Assembly (NCBI GenBank): GCA_963422395.1
Contig: OY729431.1
Location: 928,001-992,000 of the forward strand
Direction of reading: 5' to 3'
Source of the DNA: Vicinamibacteria bacterium
GTDB lineage: Bacteria; Acidobacteriota; Vicinamibacteria; Marinacidobacterales; Marinacidobacteraceae
DNA length: 64,000 nucleotides
Positions 48,349 to 58,073 of this stretch are shown here, one piece after another (positions within the stretch are counted from its first letter, which is position 1; each line of letters opens with the position of its first letter). A program made the translations under genes and the position numbers. The notes under the pieces are model-generated. The model was not told the origin of the DNA and ran no database searches. It saw only the letters and a list, made by a program, of their open reading frames with translations.

Positions 48349-50421
48349 ATGATCCGTTTCCTCTTCTCGTTCGCTGTTTCCATCGTTTTCGCCGCACCGG
48401 CGGCCTGGTCCACCGCGGCCCGCGGGGGGGGCCGCGAAGAGACTCGCTGGACGCCTGCGCTCTCCATGGAATACCACCGGGTGTCCTCGGTGGCGATCTC
48501 GCCGGACGGCGAGCTCGTCGCCTTCGGGCGAACCGTTCCGCTGATGGAAGGCGAGCAGTCCGAGTACCGGACCCAGATCCAGGTGGTCCCGGCGGCGGGC
48601 GGCGAGACGGTCGCCTACACCACGGGAGAGGAATCGGCGACGGCGCCGGCCTTTTCGCCGGACGGCCGCTATCTCGGCTTCCTGCGGGCGGGGCCGGAGA
48701 AGCCCCAGGTGTGGCTCTTGCCGCTCGGCGGGGGTGAGGCGTTCCCGATCACCCACGCCGAGGACGGAGCGCGTTCCTTCGGTTTCTCGCCCGACGGGCG
48801 GAGCGTGGCGTATCTGACGAACGATCCCGAGACCGAGGAAGAGAAGCAGCGGAAGAAGGAGAAGCGGGATGTCGAGCTCGTGGATCGGAATTTCCACTAC
48901 ACCCATCTGCATGTCGCGCTCGTGACCGACCGCCCCGACCCGGACGGCGAAGACCGGCGGCTCACCCGAGGGGACTTCCAGGTGACCGGCTGGGACTGGT
49001 CGAGCAGCGACCGGATCGTCTTCGCCCATCAGGAAGATCCCCGTATCAACACGAGCCGCCGCTCCGGCGACCTCTCGGTGGTCCATCTCGCCGACGGTGC
49101 GGTCCGACTGCTCCACGGGGGCGCCGGGGTCGAAAGCCAGCCCCGCGTCTCTCCGGACGGTCAGACGGTGGCGTTTCGCTCCACGGGCGACCGGCCGGAG
49201 CCGATCGGGCTCGGCGATGTCTATCTCATCCCGGTGATGGGCGGCGAACGGGTGCGTCTCGCGGAAACGCCGGACCGAAACCCGGCGATCCTCGGCTGGT
49301 CGCGCGACGGGTCGCTGGTCTATGCGGCGGAAGCCGAGCGCACTACGCGGCGGCTGTTCGCGCTCCCCCGGGGCGGCGGGGCTCCCTTCGCGCTGACTCC
49401 GGGCGAGGGGGTGTTCCGCTCTCCGGCGGTCGCCGCCGCCGCGGATGTCATGGCGTTCGTCCACGAAACGCCGGAGACCCCCTGGGAAGTGTTCGCTGCC
49501 GGCCTCGGCGAAGGCGGCGGGATGCTCGACTCCTTCGAGCCGCGCCGGCTCACCGACCTCCACGCAGGGGTCGCCCGACCGGAGCTGGGCAGGACCAGCG
49601 TGCTCTCCTGGAGATCGCCCGACGGAACTCCGGTGGAAGGGCTGCTCACCCTCCCGGTCGGCTACCGGGAAGGCCGCCGCTACCCGCTCATCCTGAACAT
49701 CCACGGCGGCCCCGCCGGGGTGTATTCGGAGACCTTCACCGGGGGACCGGGTATCTACCTGCTGCAGTATTTCGCCCAGGAGGGATTCGCCGTCCTGCGG
49801 GGGAATCCGCGGGGTTCCACCGGCTACGGCAAGGAGTTCCGCTACGCCAACTTCCAGGATTGGGGTTTCGGCGATTTCGACGACCTCCTGGCCGGAGTGG
49901 ATCGGGTCATCGAGCAGGGGGTGGCCGATCCCGCCCGGCTCTTCATCATGGGCTGGAGCTACGGCGGCTACCTGACCTCCTTCGCGGTCACCCGGACCGA
50001 CCGTTTCGCGGCCGCCAGCATGGGCGCCGGGCTCCCGAATCTCATCAGCATGGTGACCACCACCGACATCCAGGACTACCTCGCGGGCCACATGGGGGGT
50101 GACTTCTGGGAGGACTACGAGGTGTACGAGGCGCATTCGGCGATCTACCGGATCGCCGAAGTCTCGACCCCGACGCAGGTGATCCACGGCGCCGAGGATC
50201 TGCGGGTGCCTCTCACCCAGGGGCAGGAGTTCTACCGGGCGCTCGACCGGCGCGGAGTGCCGACGGAGATGATCGTGTATCCCCGGACGCCGCACGGACC
50301 GCGGGAGCCCAAGTTCCTGATGGATGTCTCCGACCGGATCCTGACCTGGTTCCGCCGGCATCAGCCCGACGGCGCGCCCGCCGCGCCGGAAAATGGCCCC
50401 ATTCGGGGCCGCCGCCGATAG
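48349..50421 (+). CDS. Secreted S9 family peptidase (acylaminoacyl peptidase-like)
   Basis: Signal peptide, PD40-like SPDG repeats, IHGGP, NPRGSTGYG, GWSYGG, HGAEDLRVP. Confidence 0.92.
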   Translation: MIRFLFSFAVSIVFAAPAAWSTAARGGGREETRWTPALSMEYHRVSSVAISPDGELVAFGRTVPLMEGEQSEYRTQIQVVPAAGGETVAYTTGEESATAPAFSPDGRYLGFLRAGPEKPQVWLLPLGGGEAFPITHAEDGARSFGFSPDGRSVAYLTNDPETEEEKQRKKEKRDVELVDRNFHYTHLHVALVTDRPDPDGEDRRLTRGDFQVTGWDWSSSDRIVFAHQEDPRINTSRRSGDLSVVHLADGAVRLLHGGAGVESQPRVSPDGQTVAFRSTGDRPEPIGLGDVYLIPVMGGERVRLAETPDRNPAILGWSRDGSLVYAAEAERTTRRLFALPRGGGAPFALTPGEGVFRSPAVAAAADVMAFVHETPETPWEVFAAGLGEGGGMLDSFEPRRLTDLHAGVARPELGRTSVLSWRSPDGTPVEGLLTLPVGYREGRRYPLILNIHGGPAGVYSETFTGGPGIYLLQYFAQEGFAVLRGNPRGSTGYGKEFRYANFQDWGFGDFDDLLAGVDRVIEQGVADPARLFIMGWSYGGYLTSFAVTRTDRFAAASMGAGLPNLISMVTTTDIQDYLAGHMGGDFWEDYEVYEAHSAIYRIAEVSTPTQVIHGAEDLRVPLTQGQEFYRALDRRGVPTEMIVYPRTPHGPREPKFLMDVSDRILTWFRRHQPDGAPAAPENGPIRGRRR

Positions 50422-50520
50422 CACAGCAGCCTGTGGAACCCGAGCCGAGATCCTGAAGGAATCCTTCAGGGAGCAAGAGAGGCCGCGCGGGTGCCTCTCC
50501 CTGAACGCCTCATCGCAGGA

Positions 50521-50556
50521 GTCCGTCTCCCCCAGTCCAGTGTCCAGATAGATCGG
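50521..50556 (+). repeat. About 35-bp dispersed repeat (copy 2)
   Basis: GTCCGTCTCCCCCAGTCCAGTGTCCAGATAGATCGG nearly matches the reverse complement of 6462..6496. Confidence 0.75.
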
Positions 50557-50662
50557 AGAGCGAGAGAGTCGCTGCCTCGTGAAGGGGATCCCCCTTCCCC
50601 GGCAGCGGTTTGCGAACCTGGAGCGCGGTAGATTCCCCCGCACGCAAGGGACGGACTCCAAG

Positions 50663-52720
50663 GTGAGCGAGAGCGGGGCGGGGCTTCTCTCCGGGCGCCC
50701 GGGGAGCCGGCTCTGGGTGTTCGGCCCCGTAAACGATCTGCTGCTGCTGATCGCGACTCCGGCGCTCATCCTGCCGGTGGCGTTCCTGGTTCAGGGCCGG
50801 GAGGCCGCTGCCGCCGTGGGTCTGCTGGTGGCCGGTTTCGGCGCCCTCGGCCACCACCTGCCGGGGATGATGCGCGCCTACGGGGACCGGGCGCTCTTTT
50901 CGAGGTTCCGCGCGCGATTCCTGTTCGCGCCGCTCGCCTTCCTCGCTGCCGCGCTCGGCTTCGCGCTGCACGGGTTGAACGGGGTGTCGCTCCTGGTGCT
51001 GGTCTGGGGGGTCTGGCACGGAGCGCTGCAGGTGTACGGCTTCCTCAGGATCTACGACGCCCGAGCGGGCGCCTTCGGCCGTTGGAACTCGCGCCTCGAC
51101 TTCGCGATGTGTCTCGGGTGGTTCGGCTTCGGCGTCCTCCATTCCCCGGGCCGCCTCGGTGAGCTGCTGGAGCTGTGGTACGCCCTCGGCGCGCCCCTGG
51201 TTTCCCCGGAGTGGTTCTTCGGATTTCGCGGGGGTTTCGATCTGGCCCTCGCCGGGCTCACCGCGCTGTTCGTCTTCCGCGCCGCGCGGGACCTGCTCGC
51301 CGGACGCGGACAGCACCCGGTGAAACTGCTGGCCGCCGCGATGTCCTTCGGGTTCTGGTGGTGGTGTTCGGTTGCGGTCCCTCACGCGGTTCTCGGCGTC
51401 GCGCTCTTCGAGGTCTTCCACGATGTGCAGTACCTGGCCATCGTCTGGGCGTTCAACCAGCGCCGCGCCCGCGAAGGCGGCGCCGGACGTTTCACCCGCG
51501 TTCTCTTCGGCGGGGGGAGAGCGATGATCTTCCTCTATGTCGGCCTCGTCCTCGGGTACGGGCTCCTGCGCTTCGTTCCCGAGGTGGTATCCGCGCCCGC
51601 AGTGGGGCGGTTCGTCTTCGCGGTCGTGGCAGCCTCGACGATGCTCCATTTCTACTTCGATGGCTTCCTCTGGAAGATCCGGGAGGCCGACACCGGGCGA
51701 GCGCTCGGCATCCATCGGGCTCCGAGGGCGGTTCCCGCCGCCGCCGTCCGGAGCGCGATCCTCACCCCCCACGCGGCGAAGTGGGCCGGGCTCTTCGCCC
51801 TGCCGCTCGTCCTGCTGTTCGGGCTCGAAACCCGTGCCGCGGCAGAGCCGCTCGGGAAGCGGTACGAGAACCTGACCGCCATCGTTCCCGACAGCGCCGA
51901 ATTCCAGCACAACCTGGGATTCGCCTACCGGGAGGCGGGGCAGCTCGAAGCGGCGGAAGCTCGCTACCGCCGGGCCCTCTCGATCGACCCCGGCTATCCG
52001 CGCGCTCACGCCAACCTGGGAGTCGCGCTGCTGTCGCGAGGAGCGTGGGAGGAGGCGGAGACCTCGCTTCGGCGGGCGCTGGAACTCGACGAAGGCTATG
52101 CCGCCGCGCACCATAACCTGGGCTTCATCCAGGAACGGGTCGGCGCCCGGCTCGCCGCGGAACGCCACTACCGCCGGGCGGTCGAGCTGGACTCCGAACT
52201 CGTCGAGCCGCGGCTGGGGCTCGCCCGGATGCTGCTCGCCGCCGACGATGTTTCCGGTGCCGAGCCCGTGCTCGAAGCGGCGCTGCGGGTGGATCCCGGC
52301 GCCTTCGAGGCCCACCGGAATCTCGGCCTGATCCGGGCACGGCGCGGCGATCACCCCGCGGCGCTCGCCCATCTCGAAGCATCGCTGGCCGCGGCGCCGG
52401 ACGATCCGGCGGCGCTCGAGACCGCCGCCTGGATCCTCTCGGTCACTCCGGAATACCGCGATCCGGAGCGCGCGGTCCGCTACGCGCGGCGCGCCTCCGA
52501 ACTGGCCCGCCATCTCGACCCTTCGGCTGCGGACACCCTGGGCGCGGCACTCGCCGCCGCTGGAGATTTCGAGGGGGCGCTCGTCGCCGCGAGGACTGCC
52601 GCGGCACTGGCCCTCGATGCCGGAGACCGCGGCCTCGCCGGGGAGATCGCGGCGCGGATCGCACTCTACGAAAGGGGGCGGCCGGTGACCCTTTCTCCTC
52701 GCGGGGGAGCCACCCGGTGA
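50663..52720 (+). CDS. Multi-TM membrane protein with His motifs fused to C-terminal TPR repeats
   Basis: TM region with GHHLPG, WHGALQ, FHDVQY and LHFYFDGFLWK, followed by several TPRs (HNLG...A...YRRAL..DP). Start uncertain (50579 or 50663). Confidence 0.8.
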   Translation: MSESGAGLLSGRPGSRLWVFGPVNDLLLLIATPALILPVAFLVQGREAAAAVGLLVAGFGALGHHLPGMMRAYGDRALFSRFRARFLFAPLAFLAAALGFALHGLNGVSLLVLVWGVWHGALQVYGFLRIYDARAGAFGRWNSRLDFAMCLGWFGFGVLHSPGRLGELLELWYALGAPLVSPEWFFGFRGGFDLALAGLTALFVFRAARDLLAGRGQHPVKLLAAAMSFGFWWWCSVAVPHAVLGVALFEVFHDVQYLAIVWAFNQRRAREGGAGRFTRVLFGGGRAMIFLYVGLVLGYGLLRFVPEVVSAPAVGRFVFAVVAASTMLHFYFDGFLWKIREADTGRALGIHRAPRAVPAAAVRSAILTPHAAKWAGLFALPLVLLFGLETRAAAEPLGKRYENLTAIVPDSAEFQHNLGFAYREAGQLEAAEARYRRALSIDPGYPRAHANLGVALLSRGAWEEAETSLRRALELDEGYAAAHHNLGFIQERVGARLAAERHYRRAVELDSELVEPRLGLARMLLAADDVSGAEPVLEAALRVDPGAFEAHRNLGLIRARRGDHPAALAHLEASLAAAPDDPAALETAAWILSVTPEYRDPERAVRYARRASELARHLDPSAADTLGAALAAAGDFEGALVAARTAAALALDAGDRGLAGEIAARIALYERGRPVTLSPRGGATR

Positions 52721-54873
52721 AGAACACGACGAAGGTCGGCCTTCTCTTCTCTCGACTGCGCCCCCTGGCGCCCGCGGCGGTACTGGCCGGCGGCCTCTTC
52801 CCCGCTTCCGCGGGGAGTGCGCAGCAGGAAGAGATGGCCCCGCGCCACCGCGCCTTCCTCGAAGAGGAGGCCGCCTATATCGCTTCCGAAATCGAACGCG
52901 AGGCATTCGCCGCCCTATCGGGCGAGGACACCCGCGATGGCTTCATCGAAGCGTTCTGGCAGCGGCGCGATCCGAACCCCACCACCCCGGAGAACGAGTT
53001 CCGGGAGGAGCACTTCGCCAGGATCGCCTACGCGAACGAGTTCTACGGAAGGGATACCGGGCGTTCCGGCTGGCGCACCGACCGCGGCCGGTTCCACATC
53101 CTCCTGGGGCCACCGCGCATCACGGAGGACTTCTCCTACTCGAACTTCCTCTACCCGGCGGAGCTTTGGTTCTACAACGACTCGGCGCTCCGGGAGCGCG
53201 GTGTTCCGGCGTTCTTCTATCTGCTCTTCTTCCGGCCCTTCGGGGCTGGGGAGATGCGCCTCTACAGCCCGGTCGAAGACGGCCCGCAGGCGCTGCTCGT
53301 CGCCCCCGAGCCGTTCCATCGGGGAGACTTCCGGCAGAACATCCAAGCGGCCTACGACCAGCTCCACGAGATCAGCCCCGAACTCGCCTCGGCCGCGCTC
53401 TCCTTCCGGACCGACGAAGGTACGAACTTCGGTGACCTCCGCTCCTTCGGCACGGTGGCGCTCCTCGACGAGATCTACCGGTCGCCGACCTTCGGCATCG
53501 ACACCAGCTATGCCTCGCGCTTCGATCTCGGCAGCGTCGAAAGCGACTACCTCTTCCACCATGTTCCGAGCGCCGGGTTCCACCAGGTGCTGCCGGGGCC
53601 GGGCGGCTACTACCTGCACTGGGCCATCGAGATTCCGCCGGAATCGGTGATCGTGGTGCGGGATCCGGACATCGGTCGCTATGGCGCGGTGTTCCTCGCC
53701 TCGATCGAGATCTCCTCCCGCGAGGACCCGGAAAGAGTGCTCTATTCCGATCGGGCGGAGGCATTCTTCGCGGTGTCCGAGGAAGAAGCGGCGGCGCTCA
53801 CCCGCCCGTACCTGTTTCGCGGCACCGTGCCGGTGATTCCGGGGTCGCATGACTTGCGGGTCATCGTGCGGAACCGTGCCTGTCCGAGCCGCCGCGAAGA
53901 GGATTGCCGGCGCGCCTATACGCTGCTCGACGGGGCTTTCGAGGTCCCCGAGCTGCAGTTCGATACTCCGGACCTGACGGCTCCGGTACTCGCCTGGTCC
54001 AGCGAGCTGCTCGGCGGCGAGCCTCTCTACCGGGCCTATCGATTCGGACGCCGGATCCTTTCCCCGAATCCGGCGGGCATCTTCGCTTCCGGAGAGACCC
54101 TCTATCTGCTCGCCGAGCCGCTCAATGCGCCGGAAGGCGCGCGGGTCGCGTGGAGTGTGGTTCCAGATCCCGACGGGTTGGCTTCGGAGGAGCTGCTGCC
54201 GCCGCTGCCGCGCGAAGGCGCTGTTCCCGCACATGCCGAACGCGAGGGGCCGCTGGTGTTGAGGCAGCCGCTCGAAGGGTTGGTCGGCGGGCGCTACCTG
54301 GCGGTGATCCGACTCCTCAGCGCGTCCGACGCGGAGCTCGCGCGCCGGGAGGTCCGGTTCCAGATCACTCCGCGCGCAGTGGTGGCCCGGCCTGCGGTGG
54401 ACGGCGGCCTCGGGGAGAGCCGCCCCGAGCTGGCCGGAGCGCCCGAACTCGCGCGGGCACGGCAATGGGAGGCTGCCGGGGACCCCGCGATGGCCCGCGC
54501 CTTCGCCGAGGCGGCGGTGCGGGTGGGGCCCAACCTGGCGGCGGCGCGCGAACTGCTCGCCGCGCATCGGCTGCGGGAGGACGATCCGGCCGGTGCCGCG
54601 GCGTTGCTCGGCCCGGTGTTCGAGGCCCATCCGGACCGCTATGACGCCGCCCGCCGCCTTGGCGAGGCCCGGGTTCGAAGCGGTGCATTCGAGGCGGCGT
54701 TAGCTCCCCTCAACCGGGCGCTATCGCTGCGCGCGCCGGACGCTGACCTGCTGGTGCTGTTGGCCACCGCCCATCTCGTCCTCGGCGACGAGGAACGCGC
54801 CGGCGAATTCCTCGATCGGGCGCAGGCCCTCGATCCCGAAAACGAGCGCGTCTTGGCGCTCCGCCGCCGCTGA
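52717..54873 (+). CDS. GWxTD-domain protein with TPR
   Basis: FIEAFWQRRDPNPTTPENEFREEH, GWRTDRG, C-terminal TPRs. GTGA overlap with the upstream gene. Confidence 0.88.
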   Translation: MKNTTKVGLLFSRLRPLAPAAVLAGGLFPASAGSAQQEEMAPRHRAFLEEEAAYIASEIEREAFAALSGEDTRDGFIEAFWQRRDPNPTTPENEFREEHFARIAYANEFYGRDTGRSGWRTDRGRFHILLGPPRITEDFSYSNFLYPAELWFYNDSALRERGVPAFFYLLFFRPFGAGEMRLYSPVEDGPQALLVAPEPFHRGDFRQNIQAAYDQLHEISPELASAALSFRTDEGTNFGDLRSFGTVALLDEIYRSPTFGIDTSYASRFDLGSVESDYLFHHVPSAGFHQVLPGPGGYYLHWAIEIPPESVIVVRDPDIGRYGAVFLASIEISSREDPERVLYSDRAEAFFAVSEEEAAALTRPYLFRGTVPVIPGSHDLRVIVRNRACPSRREEDCRRAYTLLDGAFEVPELQFDTPDLTAPVLAWSSELLGGEPLYRAYRFGRRILSPNPAGIFASGETLYLLAEPLNAPEGARVAWSVVPDPDGLASEELLPPLPREGAVPAHAEREGPLVLRQPLEGLVGGRYLAVIRLLSASDAELARREVRFQITPRAVVARPAVDGGLGESRPELAGAPELARARQWEAAGDPAMARAFAEAAVRVGPNLAAARELLAAHRLREDDPAGAAALLGPVFEAHPDRYDAARRLGEARVRSGAFEAALAPLNRALSLRAPDADLLVLLATAHLVLGDEERAGEFLDRAQALDPENERVLALRRR

Positions 54874-54890
54874 CCCCCGCGGGGGAGTGA

Positions 54891-54919
54891 GGCGGCGGGA
54901 CGGCTCCGGCCCCGCCGCC
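54891..54919. terminator. GC-rich hairpin between convergent genes
   Basis: GGCGGCGGG / CCCGCCGCC stem. No clear U-tract. Confidence 0.45.
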
Positions 54920-54949
54920 GAGCCGGGGAGGGTTGGCCCCCGGCTAGAA

Positions 54950-57835
54950 CTAGAACTGGTAGCGGACGCCCAGTTTGAAACTGCGAGGCTCGAGGAAGCC
55001 GATGACCTTGCCGTACGCGGAACCAGCGCGGATCACCTGATTCAACACCGGATTGGCGTTCGTCATGTTGTAGGCGTCGAAGAACAACGACAGGCGGTCC
55101 CGTTCCCAGAACGACAGGTCCTTCTCGAACCGCAGGTCGAGGATCAAGACATTGTCGGAACGCTCGGTCATGTCGGAGAGCGGCACCTGGTTCGTTCCCG
55201 CCCCGCCGGGAATGCTGATCGGCTGGATCGGCGCGTAAGCCCAGCCGCTCTGCGCCCGGTACTGGAAGGAGATCGCCGCCCCGATGTTCGGGATCTGGTA
55301 GCGGCCGATCGCTTTGAGGTTCCAGTTGGAGTGCTTCTGCTTCGTGCTCACCGCCGAATTCCAGTTCAGCCCGCTGCCCTGGATCCCGAGCGTCCAGGGG
55401 TCGGCCTGGGTGTCGGCGCTCGACGAACTGCCGCAGCAGACGAGCTCGTTTCGCCACTGGTAGTGGAAACTGCCCTGCAGGAAGAGGCCGCTGCGGAACC
55501 GCCGCCCGAGACCGACCTCGATGTTGTCGTATTCGTTCGAATCGAGTCCGGGAGGCCCGGTATCCACCGCGTTGGCCGTTCCCGTTCCCTCGGGCGGCCG
55601 CGTCATCGAGGTGATGGGCTGGCCGGTGTTCGCGTTCATGGGGCAGGGGAAGACCGCGTCGCCGCAGAGGATCGCGCTGTTCAGGAGTGCGTCGAGGAGA
55701 TCCGCCCGGTAGGTGTCGAAGACATTCCGGTCCATCTTGCGGACATAGGAAATCCGCAGGTTCGTCTCCGGCATCACCTCGCTCTCGAGAGAGGCGGTGA
55801 TCTCGTCGTAGTAGCGCTTCTGGCTGAGGTCCACCGGCACCCCGCCCTCGACTCGGCCCACCGGCAGGCCGGTGCCCGACGACTGGCTCAACAGGTCACC
55901 CAGCTCGTTCTGCCCGTCGTAGGTTCCGTTTCCGTTGGGATCGAGGAACTGGAAGATGACCTGTTGGCGGGAGGCGGGGTTGGCGCTCTGGAAGCCGTCG
56001 GGCCCCACATTGTGGGTGTAACGGCTGGCCGACGCCTTGACGACGGTCCGGCCCTCGCCAGTCAGGTCGTAGGTAACGGCGAAGCGGGGGTAGAAGTCGT
56101 TCCAGGTGAAGATGTCCTTCTCCGAAATGGAGACGCCGCTCAGGAAGAACTCGCTGTACGCCGGCGCCAGTTCGGCGGAGTTGTAGTAGCCGTGCTGGTT
56201 GGCCACCCGGATGCCCGCGGTGATCGTCAGACGCGGATTCACCTGCCAGGTGTCCTGGGCGAAGAAGTGCAGGTTCGCGTCCCTGGTATCGGATACCGCT
56301 GTCGGGGTGTTCACGAAGAGGATCTCGGAGGTCCCCGTCGGATTCGTCGGGCTGACGAGGCTCGACCGGTCGCGGTACTGGATGGACCCCGAGGCGTCGT
56401 TCGAAAAGAAGAGCCGGGCGTCTTCCATGTAGTCCACGCCGAACTTCAGGTCGTGGCTTCCGGCCGCGTCGGGGATGTAGTAGTTCAGGATGCCGACGAA
56501 CTGCGGCCGTTCCTTGTCGTAGGTGAACGGCCAGACGCCGGAGCCGGTGCGGCGCGTGGTATCGAGATCGATGCGGGGGGGATTCGTGTCAGGAGACACT
56601 GCCGGCACCATGGGCCAAGTGACGCCGTAGTACATCGCCTTCACATTCGAGAAGGCACGGTCGGACCAGACCCGCTGCCATTCGGCCTTGTGCACCCAGG
56701 TCCAGGAATCCTGGGCGAGGCGCACATCGGGCGAGTTCAGCGCATTGATTCCCCGATTCGGGCGGTACTTGAGACCCCACTGGCTGTAGCCGATCAGTTC
56801 GTCCTTTTCGGAGAGGGAGAAGTTGACCTTGGCGTAGTAGTTCCGCAGGACCGCCTCTTCCTTGATCGTTTCCGGGTCGAGGCCGGAAATGGTCCGGTGG
56901 GTGAGGTTGTTGTTGTAGGCGAGGAAGAACCAGGCCTTGTCCCGCCAGAGGGGTCCGCCCACATCGGCGTGCCCCTCCCAGTAGGTGAGCATGTGGTTCG
57001 TCCCTGCTCCGCGGCTTTCGAGCTCGGAGGTGAGGTTGTCGCCCACGAAGCTCTCGCCGAGGTAGTCGGCGTAGAGGAGCGCCGAGAGATCGTTTCCTCC
57101 GGTCTTGATATCCATCACGATCGTGTTCCCGGCCCAGGCGTTTTCCACATCGGCGCCGGCATTCGAGATGTTGAACTGATTGACGGTCAGGCTGTCCATG
57201 TAGAAACCGAAACCGCCGGTACTGAAATTGGAGTCCACTCCGTCGATGACGATCCGATTCTGATCGCGGAGTCCGAAGGCGTCGAAACCGGACTGCTGGG
57301 CCTTGTGCGAGCCCGCCACATCGAAGCCGCGCATCCGGATGCCCGGAGTGAGCGCGAGCATGGCGTGAGGATCGGTGGAGTTCGGCACCTCGAGGATGGC
57401 GGTCTCGTCGAAGGTCCCGCCGAAGCGGCTGGACTTCACATCCACCACCGGCGACTCCCCGGTGACGGTCACCGTCTCGGCGACCGCGGCCACCGAGAGG
57501 GTCTGGTTCACCGTGAAGGTCTGCCCGGTGACGACGGTCACCTCTTCCCGGACCACGGTGCCGAAGCCGGAGAGATCGAAGGTCATGGTGTAGCTGCCGG
57601 CGGGCAGGCCCTGGAAGCGGAATGAGCCGTCCACATCCGTGACCGCGACCCGGCTCCCGAGGAGAGCCGGAGAGGCGAGCGTTACCCGCACTCCCGGAAG
57701 CACGAGGCCCTGTTCGTCTTGCGCCACTCCGTCGAGGCGCCCGGCGGTGATCTGCGCGAACAGGGACACCGGGAGCAGCACTGCCGCGAAGATCGTCGCG
57801 AACTTCCACAGCTTTCGTTTCAGTGTCTTCGTCAT
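54950..57835 (-). CDS. TonB-dependent receptor (Oar-like, carboxypeptidase-regulatory N-domain)
   Basis: Signal peptide, LPGVRVTL, AETVTVTGESPVVD, GGPLWRDKAWFF, FFAQDTW, C-terminal PRSFKLGVRYQF. Confidence 0.92.
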   Translation of the reverse strand: MTKTLKRKLWKFATIFAAVLLPVSLFAQITAGRLDGVAQDEQGLVLPGVRVTLASPALLGSRVAVTDVDGSFRFQGLPAGSYTMTFDLSGFGTVVREEVTVVTGQTFTVNQTLSVAAVAETVTVTGESPVVDVKSSRFGGTFDETAILEVPNSTDPHAMLALTPGIRMRGFDVAGSHKAQQSGFDAFGLRDQNRIVIDGVDSNFSTGGFGFYMDSLTVNQFNISNAGADVENAWAGNTIVMDIKTGGNDLSALLYADYLGESFVGDNLTSELESRGAGTNHMLTYWEGHADVGGPLWRDKAWFFLAYNNNLTHRTISGLDPETIKEEAVLRNYYAKVNFSLSEKDELIGYSQWGLKYRPNRGINALNSPDVRLAQDSWTWVHKAEWQRVWSDRAFSNVKAMYYGVTWPMVPAVSPDTNPPRIDLDTTRRTGSGVWPFTYDKERPQFVGILNYYIPDAAGSHDLKFGVDYMEDARLFFSNDASGSIQYRDRSSLVSPTNPTGTSEILFVNTPTAVSDTRDANLHFFAQDTWQVNPRLTITAGIRVANQHGYYNSAELAPAYSEFFLSGVSISEKDIFTWNDFYPRFAVTYDLTGEGRTVVKASASRYTHNVGPDGFQSANPASRQQVIFQFLDPNGNGTYDGQNELGDLLSQSSGTGLPVGRVEGGVPVDLSQKRYYDEITASLESEVMPETNLRISYVRKMDRNVFDTYRADLLDALLNSAILCGDAVFPCPMNANTGQPITSMTRPPEGTGTANAVDTGPPGLDSNEYDNIEVGLGRRFRSGLFLQGSFHYQWRNELVCCGSSSSADTQADPWTLGIQGSGLNWNSAVSTKQKHSNWNLKAIGRYQIPNIGAAISFQYRAQSGWAYAPIQPISIPGGAGTNQVPLSDMTERSDNVLILDLRFEKDLSFWERDRLSLFFDAYNMTNANPVLNQVIRAGSAYGKVIGFLEPRSFKLGVRYQF

Positions 57836-58073
57836 CGGGACGAGCCCTCCTCATCGAGAGAAGTCAGAAAAATCATGCCGGGGGCGCGCAAAGCCCCTCG
57901 GGGGCCGAGCAGCAAGAGCCGAACCATCCGAGGGGTGCTCGCTACTTCTACATAACCCCTTGACTCATGGTGATTCGATGGGTCGCTGCGGCGCTTCTGC
58001 CAGCTGAAGTTCCAAGAAATCGTACTCGACTTCGGATTTCTGGCGCGGGTTGTCCGGGGCATAATCTCGGGGG

